Positions 19,301 to 28,514 of a DNA stretch of 64,000 bases are shown here, in pieces. The notes below the pieces were generated by a model. It saw only the letters and a list, made by a program, of their open reading frames with translations, was not told the origin of the DNA and searched no databases. Location: positions 11,739-75,738 of the forward strand of contig DUQS01000042.1 of NCBI GenBank assembly GCA_012837685.1, in the 5' to 3' direction. The DNA comes from Bacteroidales bacterium. GTDB lineage: Bacteria > Bacteroidota > Bacteroidia > Bacteroidales > Paludibacteraceae. The position numbers were made by a program, and so were the translations under genes. Position 1 is the first letter of the stretch; every line of letters starts with the position of its first letter.

Positions 19301-21205
19301 ATGAAAAAAATTACTTTTGCATTTTTAATGATTTTGTTGTGTTGTTCCCAAAACTTCAATGCAGCTGTTTTAATAGGGCATAGAGGCAGCTATTGGGGCG
19401 TGGAAAATACAGAAGAGGCTTTCAGAAAAGGTGCCCAATTCGGTTATAATGGTTTGGAAACGGACATTAAAGTTACGAGTGACACAAAATTCGTGTGCTG
19501 CCATGATGATGACTTGAGCCGTTTCGGTCATTCATCGGCAAATGTGGCAAGCAGCACATTGGCACAACTGAAGGCGCTTCAACTATCGCAGACGCGCGGT
19601 GGGCAAACCTATACCGCTACCATTTGTACTTTGGAGGAGTATTTGGATATTTGTAAAGAGTACGATGTATTTCCTGTGATAGAGCTGAAATGGGCTACGG
19701 GTATCAACAGCAACGATTGTTCCAATCTTCCTGCATTGGTCGAAGTTGTGCGCTCAAAAGGAATGTTCGAAAAGGCTATTTTCCTAACTTCGATGAAACC
19801 CTGTTTGGAGTTTATTCGTACAAATTACCCAACGGCAACAATACAACTTTTGTGCTATGCTAATTCAATGGAATCGAACTTGCAATGGTGCATTAACAAT
19901 CGTGCGGATATTGATGTTTGTGTAGGTCCGGAATTTACGGCGAATTTAGTAAAACGCTATCACGATAATGGTCTTTTGGTAAATGTGTGGACGATAAACA
20001 CAGTAGCTTTGTTTCAAGAGTATAGGACTAAAGGTTGTGATATGTTCACTACCGATTATTTGGATTTGTCGGGCATTTTGGAACCTGACGATGAGGTGCG
20101 TTTCGTTTCGTTGTGGACAAAGACTTTGGAGCAGGCACCTTATTTGACAAATACAACATCGCAGCGTTCGATGGCAGTATATAATGGTGAATTGTATATT
20201 CCCGATATGACGACCGCTAAAATTGCAGTTGTTGATGGTAAAACGGGCGATTTGAAACGCACTATACAAACGAATTTGGACGCTACATCGTTGAGTTGTA
20301 TCCGTTTCACGCATGATGGCGTGATGTTGCTCGGAAGTACTAATAATGCACAAGATGTGCTGACAATTTACCGTTGCGATGAAAATGGAGTAACTAATTT
20401 AGTTGGTTCTAAAACAATTACAGGTTTTGGACAAGCCGATTATTTTGATGTTTACGGCAATCTTGACGGCAGCGATGGCGGTTTTATAGTGGCTGCTAGT
20501 AACCAAGGCAAAGCTGTGAAAATTCCTTTTGGCAATGGAATGTTGAATGAACCATTTCTTTTCGATGGTCACAAAAGCAGTAATGCTGCCGGTACTCATG
20601 CCATTGTACAATCCGACACAACATTTTTTGTTACAGGTTTTCGTGTTGCCAGAAAATTATTGAGCCTTGACGGGAAATGGTCTAAATCGTTCAGTTCGCC
20701 GTCTCCGAGCGCATTAGCGGTTGATGGTGTTTGTTTTGCACTGAACGGGCATGAATATTACGGCTCAATGGAAACGCGCTTTGGAGTGTTAAAATTGTTT
20801 GATATTACCCATGGTCTTGATAGTCCTGTCGTTTTCGATAATGCTACTGAAGCGTTGGGTTCGGCGGCAAATACCGCTATAACTTCGCCGGTATGTGTAG
20901 AATCAACACCTGATTACGTAACAATTTATGTATTGGCTACCAACAATGGAATTGCCGCTTATCGTTTGCAGAAAAAAAGTGTCGGTTTGACATCGGTGGA
21001 CAACACTTTGCCGTCGTTTTATATCAAAAATGGCGCAGTAGTGTTGCTGAATGCTGTCGGAGAAATGGTTTCTGTGTACGATATTATGGGTAGGATGCTT
21101 ATTTCCGAATCGGTTTCTACTTCGCCGTTTGCTATCAATCGTTTGCCGAAAAATCAATCGTACATTATTAAAGTAGGCGATACTGCCTTTAAAACAGTTC
21201 TTTAG
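19301..21205 (+). CDS. Glycerophosphodiester phosphodiesterase (GDPD) family protein with unknown middle domain and T9SS C-terminal sorting domain
   Basis: Signal peptide. GDPD motifs IGHRGS..ENTEEAF, LETDIKVT, PVIELK, NVWTIN. The last ~70 aa (FYIKNGAVVLL..VSVYDIMGRML...YIIKVGDTAFKTVL) look like a Por secretion tail. Confidence 0.8.
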   Translation: MKKITFAFLMILLCCSQNFNAAVLIGHRGSYWGVENTEEAFRKGAQFGYNGLETDIKVTSDTKFVCCHDDDLSRFGHSSANVASSTLAQLKALQLSQTRGGQTYTATICTLEEYLDICKEYDVFPVIELKWATGINSNDCSNLPALVEVVRSKGMFEKAIFLTSMKPCLEFIRTNYPTATIQLLCYANSMESNLQWCINNRADIDVCVGPEFTANLVKRYHDNGLLVNVWTINTVALFQEYRTKGCDMFTTDYLDLSGILEPDDEVRFVSLWTKTLEQAPYLTNTTSQRSMAVYNGELYIPDMTTAKIAVVDGKTGDLKRTIQTNLDATSLSCIRFTHDGVMLLGSTNNAQDVLTIYRCDENGVTNLVGSKTITGFGQADYFDVYGNLDGSDGGFIVAASNQGKAVKIPFGNGMLNEPFLFDGHKSSNAAGTHAIVQSDTTFFVTGFRVARKLLSLDGKWSKSFSSPSPSALAVDGVCFALNGHEYYGSMETRFGVLKLFDITHGLDSPVVFDNATEALGSAANTAITSPVCVESTPDYVTIYVLATNNGIAAYRLQKKSVGLTSVDNTLPSFYIKNGAVVLLNAVGEMVSVYDIMGRMLISESVSTSPFAINRLPKNQSYIIKVGDTAFKTVL

Positions 21206-21211
21206 TTTTTC

Positions 21212-22264
21212 ATGCGAATGCTGAAATTTCTCCTTTATCCGTTTTCGTGGTTGTATGGAGTAGTAATTGCCGTGCGTAACTTTCTGTTCGATAAAGGATT
21301 ACTTCCTTCGAAAGAGTTTCATACACCTGTTATTTCTGTTGGAAACCTTGCCGTGGGTGGAACAGGAAAAACGCCGCATTCGGAATATCTTATTCGTTTA
21401 TTACAAGCCTCTTATCGTGTTGCTTTGCTGAGTCGTGGTTATCGCCGCACAACGAAAGGTTTTATTTTGGCGAATGCGACTGCAAATGCGCAAACAATCG
21501 GCGATGAACCTTATCAAATTTATCGAAAGTTTCCACAAATAAATGTTGCAGTTGCCGAAAAACGTGTCGAAGGCATCGAACGGTTGTTGCAATTATCACC
21601 ACCGCCTCAAGTGGTACTTTTGGACGATGCTTTTCAGCACCGTTACGTTCGTGTCGGTCTGTCGGTATTGCTGACAGATTATGCAAATCGTTGGACTACT
21701 GACAACTTGTTGCCTTATGGTCGTTTGCGTGAGCCGAGAAGTGGGGCAAAACGTGCTGATATTGTGATTGTTACGAAATGTCCACCGACTTTGTCTTTGC
21801 ACGAACGCGAAATAATAGCTTCCGAGCTTGATTTGTTGCCGTCTCAAACGTTGTATTTTACGACGTACCGTTATGGAGTGCCGTCTCCTGTGTTTTCTTC
21901 TACTGCGCCGTTTGCCGTAGATTCTTCGCAAACAATTTTGATGGTAACGGGCGTTGTTTCAGCAGTCGGTTTGTACGATTATTTGGTAGCAATGTTTAAA
22001 AATGTCCGTTGGCTTTCTTTTCCTGACCATCATTTTTTCACATCGAAAGACATTTTAAAAATAGCCTCCGAAATGGCAAAATCTCGTGCAACTGCTGTTG
22101 TTGTAACGGAAAAAGATGCATCGCGTTTGCTGTCAATGGCTGATAGTTTACCGGAAAATTTGAAAACACGCCTCTATTCGATAGGTGTTGAAGTTGATTT
22201 TCTTGACCACGGTAAAGAATTCGATGCACAAATCCTTTCTTTTGTCGAAAATAGGCTTTCATAG
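21212..22264 (+). CDS. lpxK: Tetraacyldisaccharide 4'-kinase
   Basis: 350 aa. VISVGNLAVGGTGKTP P-loop, LLSRGYRR, LLDDAFQHR. Confidence 0.92.
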   Translation: MRMLKFLLYPFSWLYGVVIAVRNFLFDKGLLPSKEFHTPVISVGNLAVGGTGKTPHSEYLIRLLQASYRVALLSRGYRRTTKGFILANATANAQTIGDEPYQIYRKFPQINVAVAEKRVEGIERLLQLSPPPQVVLLDDAFQHRYVRVGLSVLLTDYANRWTTDNLLPYGRLREPRSGAKRADIVIVTKCPPTLSLHEREIIASELDLLPSQTLYFTTYRYGVPSPVFSSTAPFAVDSSQTILMVTGVVSAVGLYDYLVAMFKNVRWLSFPDHHFFTSKDILKIASEMAKSRATAVVVTEKDASRLLSMADSLPENLKTRLYSIGVEVDFLDHGKEFDAQILSFVENRLS

Positions 22265-22341
22265 TTTTTTTGCAACTTCCCTAAAATACGCTTAATTTTA
22301 CAAATGCGATGATAATGTATGAAAAGTCGCATATTTTTTTG

Positions 22342-22349
22342 TATTTTTG
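22342..22349 (+). promoter_or_regulatory. -7 box (TATTTTTG) upstream of speB
   Basis: Exact match in the lpxK-speB spacer, 44 nt before the ATG at 22393. Confidence 0.35.
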
Positions 22350-22392
22350 CGCAATAAATTGTTATAAAAACAACCAGACAACCAGTTGAATT

Positions 22393-23244
22393 ATGGAAAA
22401 TTTTGCGGGTTTGACAGGCGTTTACGCCGACTACAACCATGCGAAAATAGTAGTATTACCGGTGCCTTACGATGCTACCAGCAGTTGGGTTCACGGCTCC
22501 GAAAAAGGTCCTGAAGCCTTGCTCGAAGCCTCTGTACAGTTGGAATGGTTCGATATTGAAACGCAAACGGAAGTTTATAAAAACGGCATTTATACCGCAC
22601 CACCCGTTTATGATAACGAAACGCCCGAAGCGTTGTGCGATGCGGTAGAACGTCAGGTTACCGCTATTTTTGCCGCGAAGAAATTCCCCGTAGTTATAGG
22701 CGGCAATCATACTGTGAGCATTGGTGCCATGCGGTCGGCGGCAAAACAGTATAACGATTTGACTATTTTGCAATTAGACGCTCATTCCGACTTAAGGCGT
22801 AGCTATGAAGGTTCGGAGTTGAACCATGCCTGTGTGATGAACCAAGCTAAAAAAGTGGCGCAAATTACGCAAGTTGGCATACGCAGTCAATGTATTGAAG
22901 AAACTGATAATTTCAATCCTTCACGTATTTTTTATGCAATGGATATTTTGCAAGACAAGGAAAATGAATGGGAGCGCAGAGCAAAAGCGACTTTGGGACG
23001 AAATGTTTATCTGACAATTGATTTGGATGTTTTCGATCCGGCGTATGTGCCTTCGACAGGTACGCCCGAACCCGGAGGATTGAGTTATATTCAGGTTTTG
23101 CATTTTTTGAAACAAATTTTTGCCGAACATAACGTGGTGGGCTTCGATGTGGTGGAACTTTGTCCAAATCCGTTTGCAAAAGCGTCCGATTTTTTGGCGG
23201 CACGGCTCATTTATCAATTATTGACGTATAAATTTTTGCGTTAA
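22393..23244 (+). CDS. speB: Agmatinase / arginase-family ureohydrolase
   Basis: GGNHTVS, LDAHSDL, TIDLDVFDP, EPGGLS metal-binding motifs of the arginase fold. Confidence 0.82.
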   Translation: MENFAGLTGVYADYNHAKIVVLPVPYDATSSWVHGSEKGPEALLEASVQLEWFDIETQTEVYKNGIYTAPPVYDNETPEALCDAVERQVTAIFAAKKFPVVIGGNHTVSIGAMRSAAKQYNDLTILQLDAHSDLRRSYEGSELNHACVMNQAKKVAQITQVGIRSQCIEETDNFNPSRIFYAMDILQDKENEWERRAKATLGRNVYLTIDLDVFDPAYVPSTGTPEPGGLSYIQVLHFLKQIFAEHNVVGFDVVELCPNPFAKASDFLAARLIYQLLTYKFLR

Positions 23245-23250
23245 AATCTT

Positions 23251-25803
23251 ATGATTAAACGATTGACATATTGCTTTTTAGTTGTTTTGACATGCTTGGC
23301 GTGCCGCGAATTGAAAGATTTGCACGACGATGTCTCTATTCAGTCGTTTAATGTGCTGGAAATTTATACCGAAAATGTTCGTCTCGGACAACCCGTTGTT
23401 CAAGGTGACTTTATTGTAAATATTCCTCTTGAGTACGGGAAATACAATTTTCCGATAGCGTTCAAGGCTGAAATAGTTTTGAATGCAACTGCGATGAAAT
23501 TGTGCGGTATTAATCCCGATACGTTGGTTTTCAGAACTTTAGAAGAAATGAAAACTTTTTTTGTAGTGGCTGAAAATGGTAAAGCACAGCAGTATAAAAT
23601 AGTGTTAACGCCATCGAAAAGCAGTGATGCTGCGGATATTGAAAAATTTACCATTTACTCGTACAGCCCACGAAATGCTTTCGTTTCGTCCGAAGGTTAT
23701 GTTTCCGTTGCTGATTCGACGGTGAAGATAATTATGCCCGAAGTTACGTTGCCTTTAACAGTAATGCCAAATATTGTGGTGTCAGACTCTGCGTATTTAG
23801 CTAATGGTTATTGGGAAAACGGATTGGAATTTACGACACTCGACACAGCTCATTATATAACGGTGGTGGCGGTTGATGGCAGGCAAAAAAAATGGCGTGT
23901 TGTGTTGGAACAAGGGCGTTTGATTACCGACAATGCAAGTTTGACACCGTTGCGATTGAAAGCTGTTAATTTGGATGCTTCTTCTACGTTCGGTCAATTG
24001 GATGAGGCTTCTTTAGCGAAGGCTCAAATGGAAAATGTAGAGGTGGATACTGACAAAAATTGGCTCATCGGAATATTGAAAAGCAAATCATCAAGCGGAC
24101 GGCTCGATTTTCCTTTTAAAGTTGCGTTTCAAACGCAACTGCCACCGATGTCTGAAATTATCGGTTATCTCCCCGGCTCTTTTCTTCAAATAGACAGCCC
24201 TGATAAAGATTATCATTTCTATGTATATGACCGTGCGCGGAACAATACAAAAAAATGGCAAATAAAATTGTTGGATTGGACGTATCATCAAGCCGATGTA
24301 ACGGCTTTCACTCTTTTGCGTTCGTCGCCGAGTACGGTCAAATTAGACGTGAATACTATTGATGTGGATGTGCGTTCGGGCAGTATTAATATTCGCGTAA
24401 TGTCCGGTTGGGAAAATTTTCCGCTGTCAATAGCGGCATCTATGGAGGTAATGCCCAATGCTACGCTTAAAGATTTCACCAATGGCGGAACGTTTACATT
24501 TTCTACAATTGATGCGGTTTGTCCATTTAAAGTAGTGGCAATGGACGCTACTGAAAAACCTTGGTATGTGCGCTTAATGAGGTCGGAAGAATTGAATAAT
24601 GAAGCGGATGTAGAATTTTTACGCGTGAAATCTTATTCTTCTGTCGAAAATAAAGTGGTGTTGAACCCTATTGCTGTAGTTGATAAAGTTGCAAAAACAG
24701 TTAATATAGAGGTGCTTGATTGGTCTAAAAATTTCCCTTTGAACCTAAAAGCTGATTTGGGAATCTCTTATAAAGCTCAAATTACCAACGGTGCGTTTAC
24801 ACCAGATGATATGCTGTCGTTTCCATCTATCAATTCAACACGTACAGTAACTTTAAAATCGGAAGATGGAACGGTAACCAATAGTTATACCATTCGTTTT
24901 GTAAACAAAGAGACTCCAAAAAGTGATGCTGCTGAGTTGTTGACTTTTAGCGTGGCTAACTTGTCGGAAGGTTATACGTTGTCTGAAACGGAGATAGACC
25001 AAAGTACTAAAACCGTTACTCTTAAATTTCTGACAAAAGGCGTTGGTCGTCTGGATTTTACGCCGTATTTTACCATTTCTCCACGAGCTGAAATAGAAGA
25101 ACTCATATCCGGATTTCCGTTGATATTTGGCACCATTGCTTCTGAAAAGAAATTTACGATTATTTCCGAAAGCGAACGCGTAAGTTCGGAATGGACAATA
25201 AAAGCAAAATATGAACCACAGTTGTATAATGGTGATTTAGAACAATGGACTGACGACTATACGCCTGTAGGCTGGGCAACGGCGAACAATTCATTTGCAA
25301 AAATGACGTCTAAAGCTGTTGGTAATGGTGGCGGCTGGGCGGCAAAATTGACAACCGGAACCATAATGGATAAAGTGGCTGCAGGGTCGCTGTTCCTTGG
25401 CTATTTCAAAATGAATTTGGACTATATCAATACGCCAAAAAAGATGACGTTTTTTGGCATTCCGTTTTCCGAATCACCGAAAGCGGTTGCATTGGATGTG
25501 AAATACACGCTCAATGGTACATCCGATAGAGGTTCTGTTGGTATTGAACTGCTCAATTATTCGGGTGAGGGCGACATTGTTTACCATACGCTCAACGAAC
25601 CGGACGTTACGGTATTAGCGTGCGGAAATCTCGAAATTGCGCCATGCGAATGGAGAAGAATAATTATTCCTCTAACAGTTTTGCGTACGGATTTACCGGT
25701 AACGCACATTCATTGTGTATTTTCGTCGAGTTACAAGGGTGATTTTATGCAGGGCGTAGTTGGAGCTACTTTGTATGTTGACAATATTAAATTGATATAT
25801 TAA
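23251..25803 (+). CDS. Surface lipoprotein: six tandem ~100-aa beta-sandwich-like repeats plus C-terminal PCMD-like domain
   Basis: Lipobox LTCLAC. Six modules each end in a W/Y-x-[IV]-x-[LF] motif (QQYKIVL, KKWRVVL, KKWQIKL, KPWYVRL, NSYTIRF, SEWTIKA). C-terminal ~200 aa (GDLEQWTDD..GWATANN..LYVDNIKLIY) resemble the putative carbohydrate metabolism domain family, from memory. Confidence 0.65.
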   Translation: MIKRLTYCFLVVLTCLACRELKDLHDDVSIQSFNVLEIYTENVRLGQPVVQGDFIVNIPLEYGKYNFPIAFKAEIVLNATAMKLCGINPDTLVFRTLEEMKTFFVVAENGKAQQYKIVLTPSKSSDAADIEKFTIYSYSPRNAFVSSEGYVSVADSTVKIIMPEVTLPLTVMPNIVVSDSAYLANGYWENGLEFTTLDTAHYITVVAVDGRQKKWRVVLEQGRLITDNASLTPLRLKAVNLDASSTFGQLDEASLAKAQMENVEVDTDKNWLIGILKSKSSSGRLDFPFKVAFQTQLPPMSEIIGYLPGSFLQIDSPDKDYHFYVYDRARNNTKKWQIKLLDWTYHQADVTAFTLLRSSPSTVKLDVNTIDVDVRSGSINIRVMSGWENFPLSIAASMEVMPNATLKDFTNGGTFTFSTIDAVCPFKVVAMDATEKPWYVRLMRSEELNNEADVEFLRVKSYSSVENKVVLNPIAVVDKVAKTVNIEVLDWSKNFPLNLKADLGISYKAQITNGAFTPDDMLSFPSINSTRTVTLKSEDGTVTNSYTIRFVNKETPKSDAAELLTFSVANLSEGYTLSETEIDQSTKTVTLKFLTKGVGRLDFTPYFTISPRAEIEELISGFPLIFGTIASEKKFTIISESERVSSEWTIKAKYEPQLYNGDLEQWTDDYTPVGWATANNSFAKMTSKAVGNGGGWAAKLTTGTIMDKVAAGSLFLGYFKMNLDYINTPKKMTFFGIPFSESPKAVALDVKYTLNGTSDRGSVGIELLNYSGEGDIVYHTLNEPDVTVLACGNLEIAPCEWRRIIIPLTVLRTDLPVTHIHCVFSSSYKGDFMQGVVGATLYVDNIKLIY

Positions 25804-25805
25804 TA

Positions 25806-26570
25806 ATGAAACGGCTGATTGTGATACTGTTGTGCTTTGTTCCGCTTGTGCTTTTTGCGCGTCAGCGAAACGATTCGTCGTATGTACATAGCTTTGCCGT
25901 ACAGGTTGGAGTTGATGTTGGTGGCGGAGTTCCGGTGCCATTCTCTTATGTGCCGCCTGTTTTTCGCCCTTTGCCCAAAGTACTGCCGTCTATCGGTGTG
26001 AAATATGCGTTTGTATTGCATCCGAATTGGAAGTTAGGTGGCGAACTGACTTATAAGCATATAGAAATGAATGCCGAAGCCTTAGTTGAGAATATGAAGG
26101 TAACATTACCTTGGCGAGATGAAAACGGTGATTATTTAATACAGTATTTCACGGGACAAGCCAAAATTATGATGATAAACGATATTCTCGAACTTCCGGT
26201 ATACGTGTCTTATTCTTTTCCGTCTCAACGACATAAAATTCTACTGGGTGGTTATGCTGTTTGGGTAATTTCGGGCAAGTTCGTTAATAAGCCTTTATTG
26301 GGTTTTATTGGGAATGAACCGGACGATGTAGATGTTGTTATTACTTCAGGCGACCAAATTCCTCCCGAGCAAACCGATTTTTCTCGCTATTTGGCAAAAT
26401 GGGATGCCGGTTTACTGTTTGGTTACGAATGTCAAGTGTACAAACGGATTAACATGGGCGTACGCATTACCTGTGGATTTAAAGACATTTTCGATTTTAA
26501 AGTGTTAGAATTTAAAATGTTGCAAATGCGTGGGACTGTGGTGATAAGCTATGATTTATGGAGATTTTAA
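25806..26570 (+). CDS. Small outer-membrane beta-barrel (porin-family/PorT-size class) protein
   Basis: 254 aa with signal peptide MKRLIVILLCFVPLVLFA. Alternating hydrophobic pattern and C-terminal aromatic residue (..SYDLWRF). Starts 2 nt after the upstream stop. Confidence 0.6.
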   Translation: MKRLIVILLCFVPLVLFARQRNDSSYVHSFAVQVGVDVGGGVPVPFSYVPPVFRPLPKVLPSIGVKYAFVLHPNWKLGGELTYKHIEMNAEALVENMKVTLPWRDENGDYLIQYFTGQAKIMMINDILELPVYVSYSFPSQRHKILLGGYAVWVISGKFVNKPLLGFIGNEPDDVDVVITSGDQIPPEQTDFSRYLAKWDAGLLFGYECQVYKRINMGVRITCGFKDIFDFKVLEFKMLQMRGTVVISYDLWRF

Positions 26571-26583
26571 AACAGATAAACAC

Positions 26584-27612
26584 ATGACCGAAATTTCATC
26601 TTTAGGTGAATTTAAATTAATTGAGCAACTGACGAAGCAAGTGGAATTGAAAAATCCGTCTTCGGTAAAAGGTGTCGGTGACGATGCCGCTGTGGTCGAT
26701 TTTAATGGGAAACAAGTACTTTTGACGACCGACTTATTACTTGAAGGCATTCACTTCGATTTGATGTATGTTCCGTTAAAACATTTAGGTTATAAAGCGG
26801 CTGTTATCAATTTTTCGGACATATACGCCATGAACGGAAAACCTACACAATTACTTGTGTCGATAGGTGTTTCCAGTCGTTTCTCGGTGGAGCAGATAGA
26901 AGAAATTTATTCGGGCATCTATTTGGCGTGCGAAAAATATGGTGTCGATTTGGTTGGTGGCGATACGTCTGCTTCCATGACGGGACTTACGCTAAGCCTG
27001 ACTTGTATCGGTGAGGCAGATAAAGACAAAATTGTTTACCGTTCGGGAGCGCGTCCCAACGACCTCATTTGCGTATCGGGCAATTTGGGTGCTGCTTATA
27101 TGGGATTGCAATTGCTCGAAAGGGAAAATACCATTTATAAAACGCAGAAAGACCCTGACTTTCAACCGGATTTTGCCGGAAAAGAATATATTTTGGAACG
27201 ACAACTTAAACCTGAAGCTCGCAAAGATATTATTGAATTATTTGCAAAAAAGGGTCTTCAACCCACATCTATGATGGATATTTCTGACGGTCTTTCGTCC
27301 GAATTGATGCATATTTGCAAAGAAAGCGGTGTTGGTTGTCGCATTTACGAAGATAAAATTCCTATCGATTATCAAACAGCTTTAATGGCTGAAGAATTCA
27401 ATATGAATTTGGTAACGGCAGCTTTAAATGGCGGAGAAGATTACGAACTTTTGTTTACGTTGCCGCTCGAATGGCACGATAAAATAAAAGAATTGGAAAA
27501 TATTCGCGAAATCGGTTACATCACTGCTTTGGACATGGGAGCTGCTTTGGTTACTCGCGACGGACAAGAAATTACATTAAAAGCGCAAGGTTGGACTGCT
27601 TTTGAAAAATAA
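26584..27612 (+). CDS. thiL: Thiamine-monophosphate kinase
   Basis: LGEFKLIEQL, GVGDDAAVV, GGDTS, ISDGL (AIR synthase-related fold). ATG at 26584 preferred over the track start 26551, which overlaps the upstream gene. Confidence 0.88.
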   Translation: MTEISSLGEFKLIEQLTKQVELKNPSSVKGVGDDAAVVDFNGKQVLLTTDLLLEGIHFDLMYVPLKHLGYKAAVINFSDIYAMNGKPTQLLVSIGVSSRFSVEQIEEIYSGIYLACEKYGVDLVGGDTSASMTGLTLSLTCIGEADKDKIVYRSGARPNDLICVSGNLGAAYMGLQLLERENTIYKTQKDPDFQPDFAGKEYILERQLKPEARKDIIELFAKKGLQPTSMMDISDGLSSELMHICKESGVGCRIYEDKIPIDYQTALMAEEFNMNLVTAALNGGEDYELLFTLPLEWHDKIKELENIREIGYITALDMGAALVTRDGQEITLKAQGWTAFEK

Positions 27613-27654
27613 ATGCGTACCTTTGTAAAATAGATATTTTAAAAATTTGATTTT

Positions 27655-28122
27655 ATGAAACCGATGAGCCTTTTGTCTATTGGAATTGCTTCTGACCATG
27701 CCGGTTACGAATTGAAGCAATTGATTATAAAAGAGATGGAGCAACGGACAGGCTGCATCTACGATTACGGAACGTATAGCACCGACAGTTGCGACTATCC
27801 CGATTTTGCTCATCCGTTGGCTAAAGCGGTCGAAGGCGGTGCTTGCGATTTTGGCATTGCTATTTGCGGTAGTGGCAACGGTATCACAATGACGATGAAT
27901 AAACATCAGGGTATTCGTGCGGCTTTGTGTTGGGATGTGGAACTTGCAAAAATGGCGCGTTGTCACAATAATGCCAATGTGTTAGGGCTTCCGGCGCGTT
28001 TCATATCTTCTGAATTGGCATTGCAGATGGTCGAAAAGTTCCTTACCACCGACTTTGAGGGCGGACGTCATCAAAAACGGATTGACAAAATTCCTATTCA
28101 AGAAGAAAATTCTGAAAAATAA
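27655..28122 (+). CDS. rpiB: Ribose-5-phosphate isomerase B
   Basis: IGIASDHAGYELK, ICGSGNGITM, NANVLGLPARF. Confidence 0.9.
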   Translation: MKPMSLLSIGIASDHAGYELKQLIIKEMEQRTGCIYDYGTYSTDSCDYPDFAHPLAKAVEGGACDFGIAICGSGNGITMTMNKHQGIRAALCWDVELAKMARCHNNANVLGLPARFISSELALQMVEKFLTTDFEGGRHQKRIDKIPIQEENSEK

Positions 28123-28145
28123 TTGCGGGAATAAAAAAAAACTGC

Positions 28146-28153
28146 TACCTTTG
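28146..28153 (+). promoter_or_regulatory. -7 box (TACCTTTG) upstream of rpsU
   Basis: Exact TAnnTTTG match in the rpiB-rpsU spacer. Confidence 0.4.
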
Positions 28154-28226
28154 CAACCCAAAATGTGTTAGACGCTTAAAAGTGTCGGCTATTGTAAAGA
28201 TATTTTTAATTTAATAAATAAGCATA

Positions 28227-28418
28227 ATGATTGTAGTTCCAGTAAAAGAAGGCGAAAACATCGACAGAGCCTTAAAAAGATTTAAACGTAAATTTGAAAA
28301 AACCGGCGTAATTGCAGAACTTCGTCGTCGTCAACAATTCGACAAACCGTCCGTTATTAAACGCGACAAAAAAATGCACGCTGTTTACGTTCAAAAATTG
28401 CAACAACAGGAAGATTAA
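28227..28418 (+). CDS. rpsU: 30S ribosomal protein S21
   Basis: 63 aa. MIVVPVKEGENIDRALKRFKRKFEKTGV..ELRRRQQFDKPS. Confidence 0.95.
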   Translation: MIVVPVKEGENIDRALKRFKRKFEKTGVIAELRRRQQFDKPSVIKRDKKMHAVYVQKLQQQED

Positions 28419-28487
28419 CCACATCATTCCTCATTTATTAATGTAATGGCTCTGGCGAAATCTCTCGCAGATTCGCCGTTTGATATA

Positions 28488-28514
28488 ACAGTATGGGATT
28501 TTCCGTACTGTTTT
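28488..28514 (+). terminator. rpsU terminator hairpin
   Basis: ACAGTATGG / CCGTACTGT (9 bp, one G-U), loop GATTTT, then TTTG. Preceded by a second stable hairpin GGCGAA(A)TCT..AGATTCGCC at 28454-28477. Confidence 0.6.
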
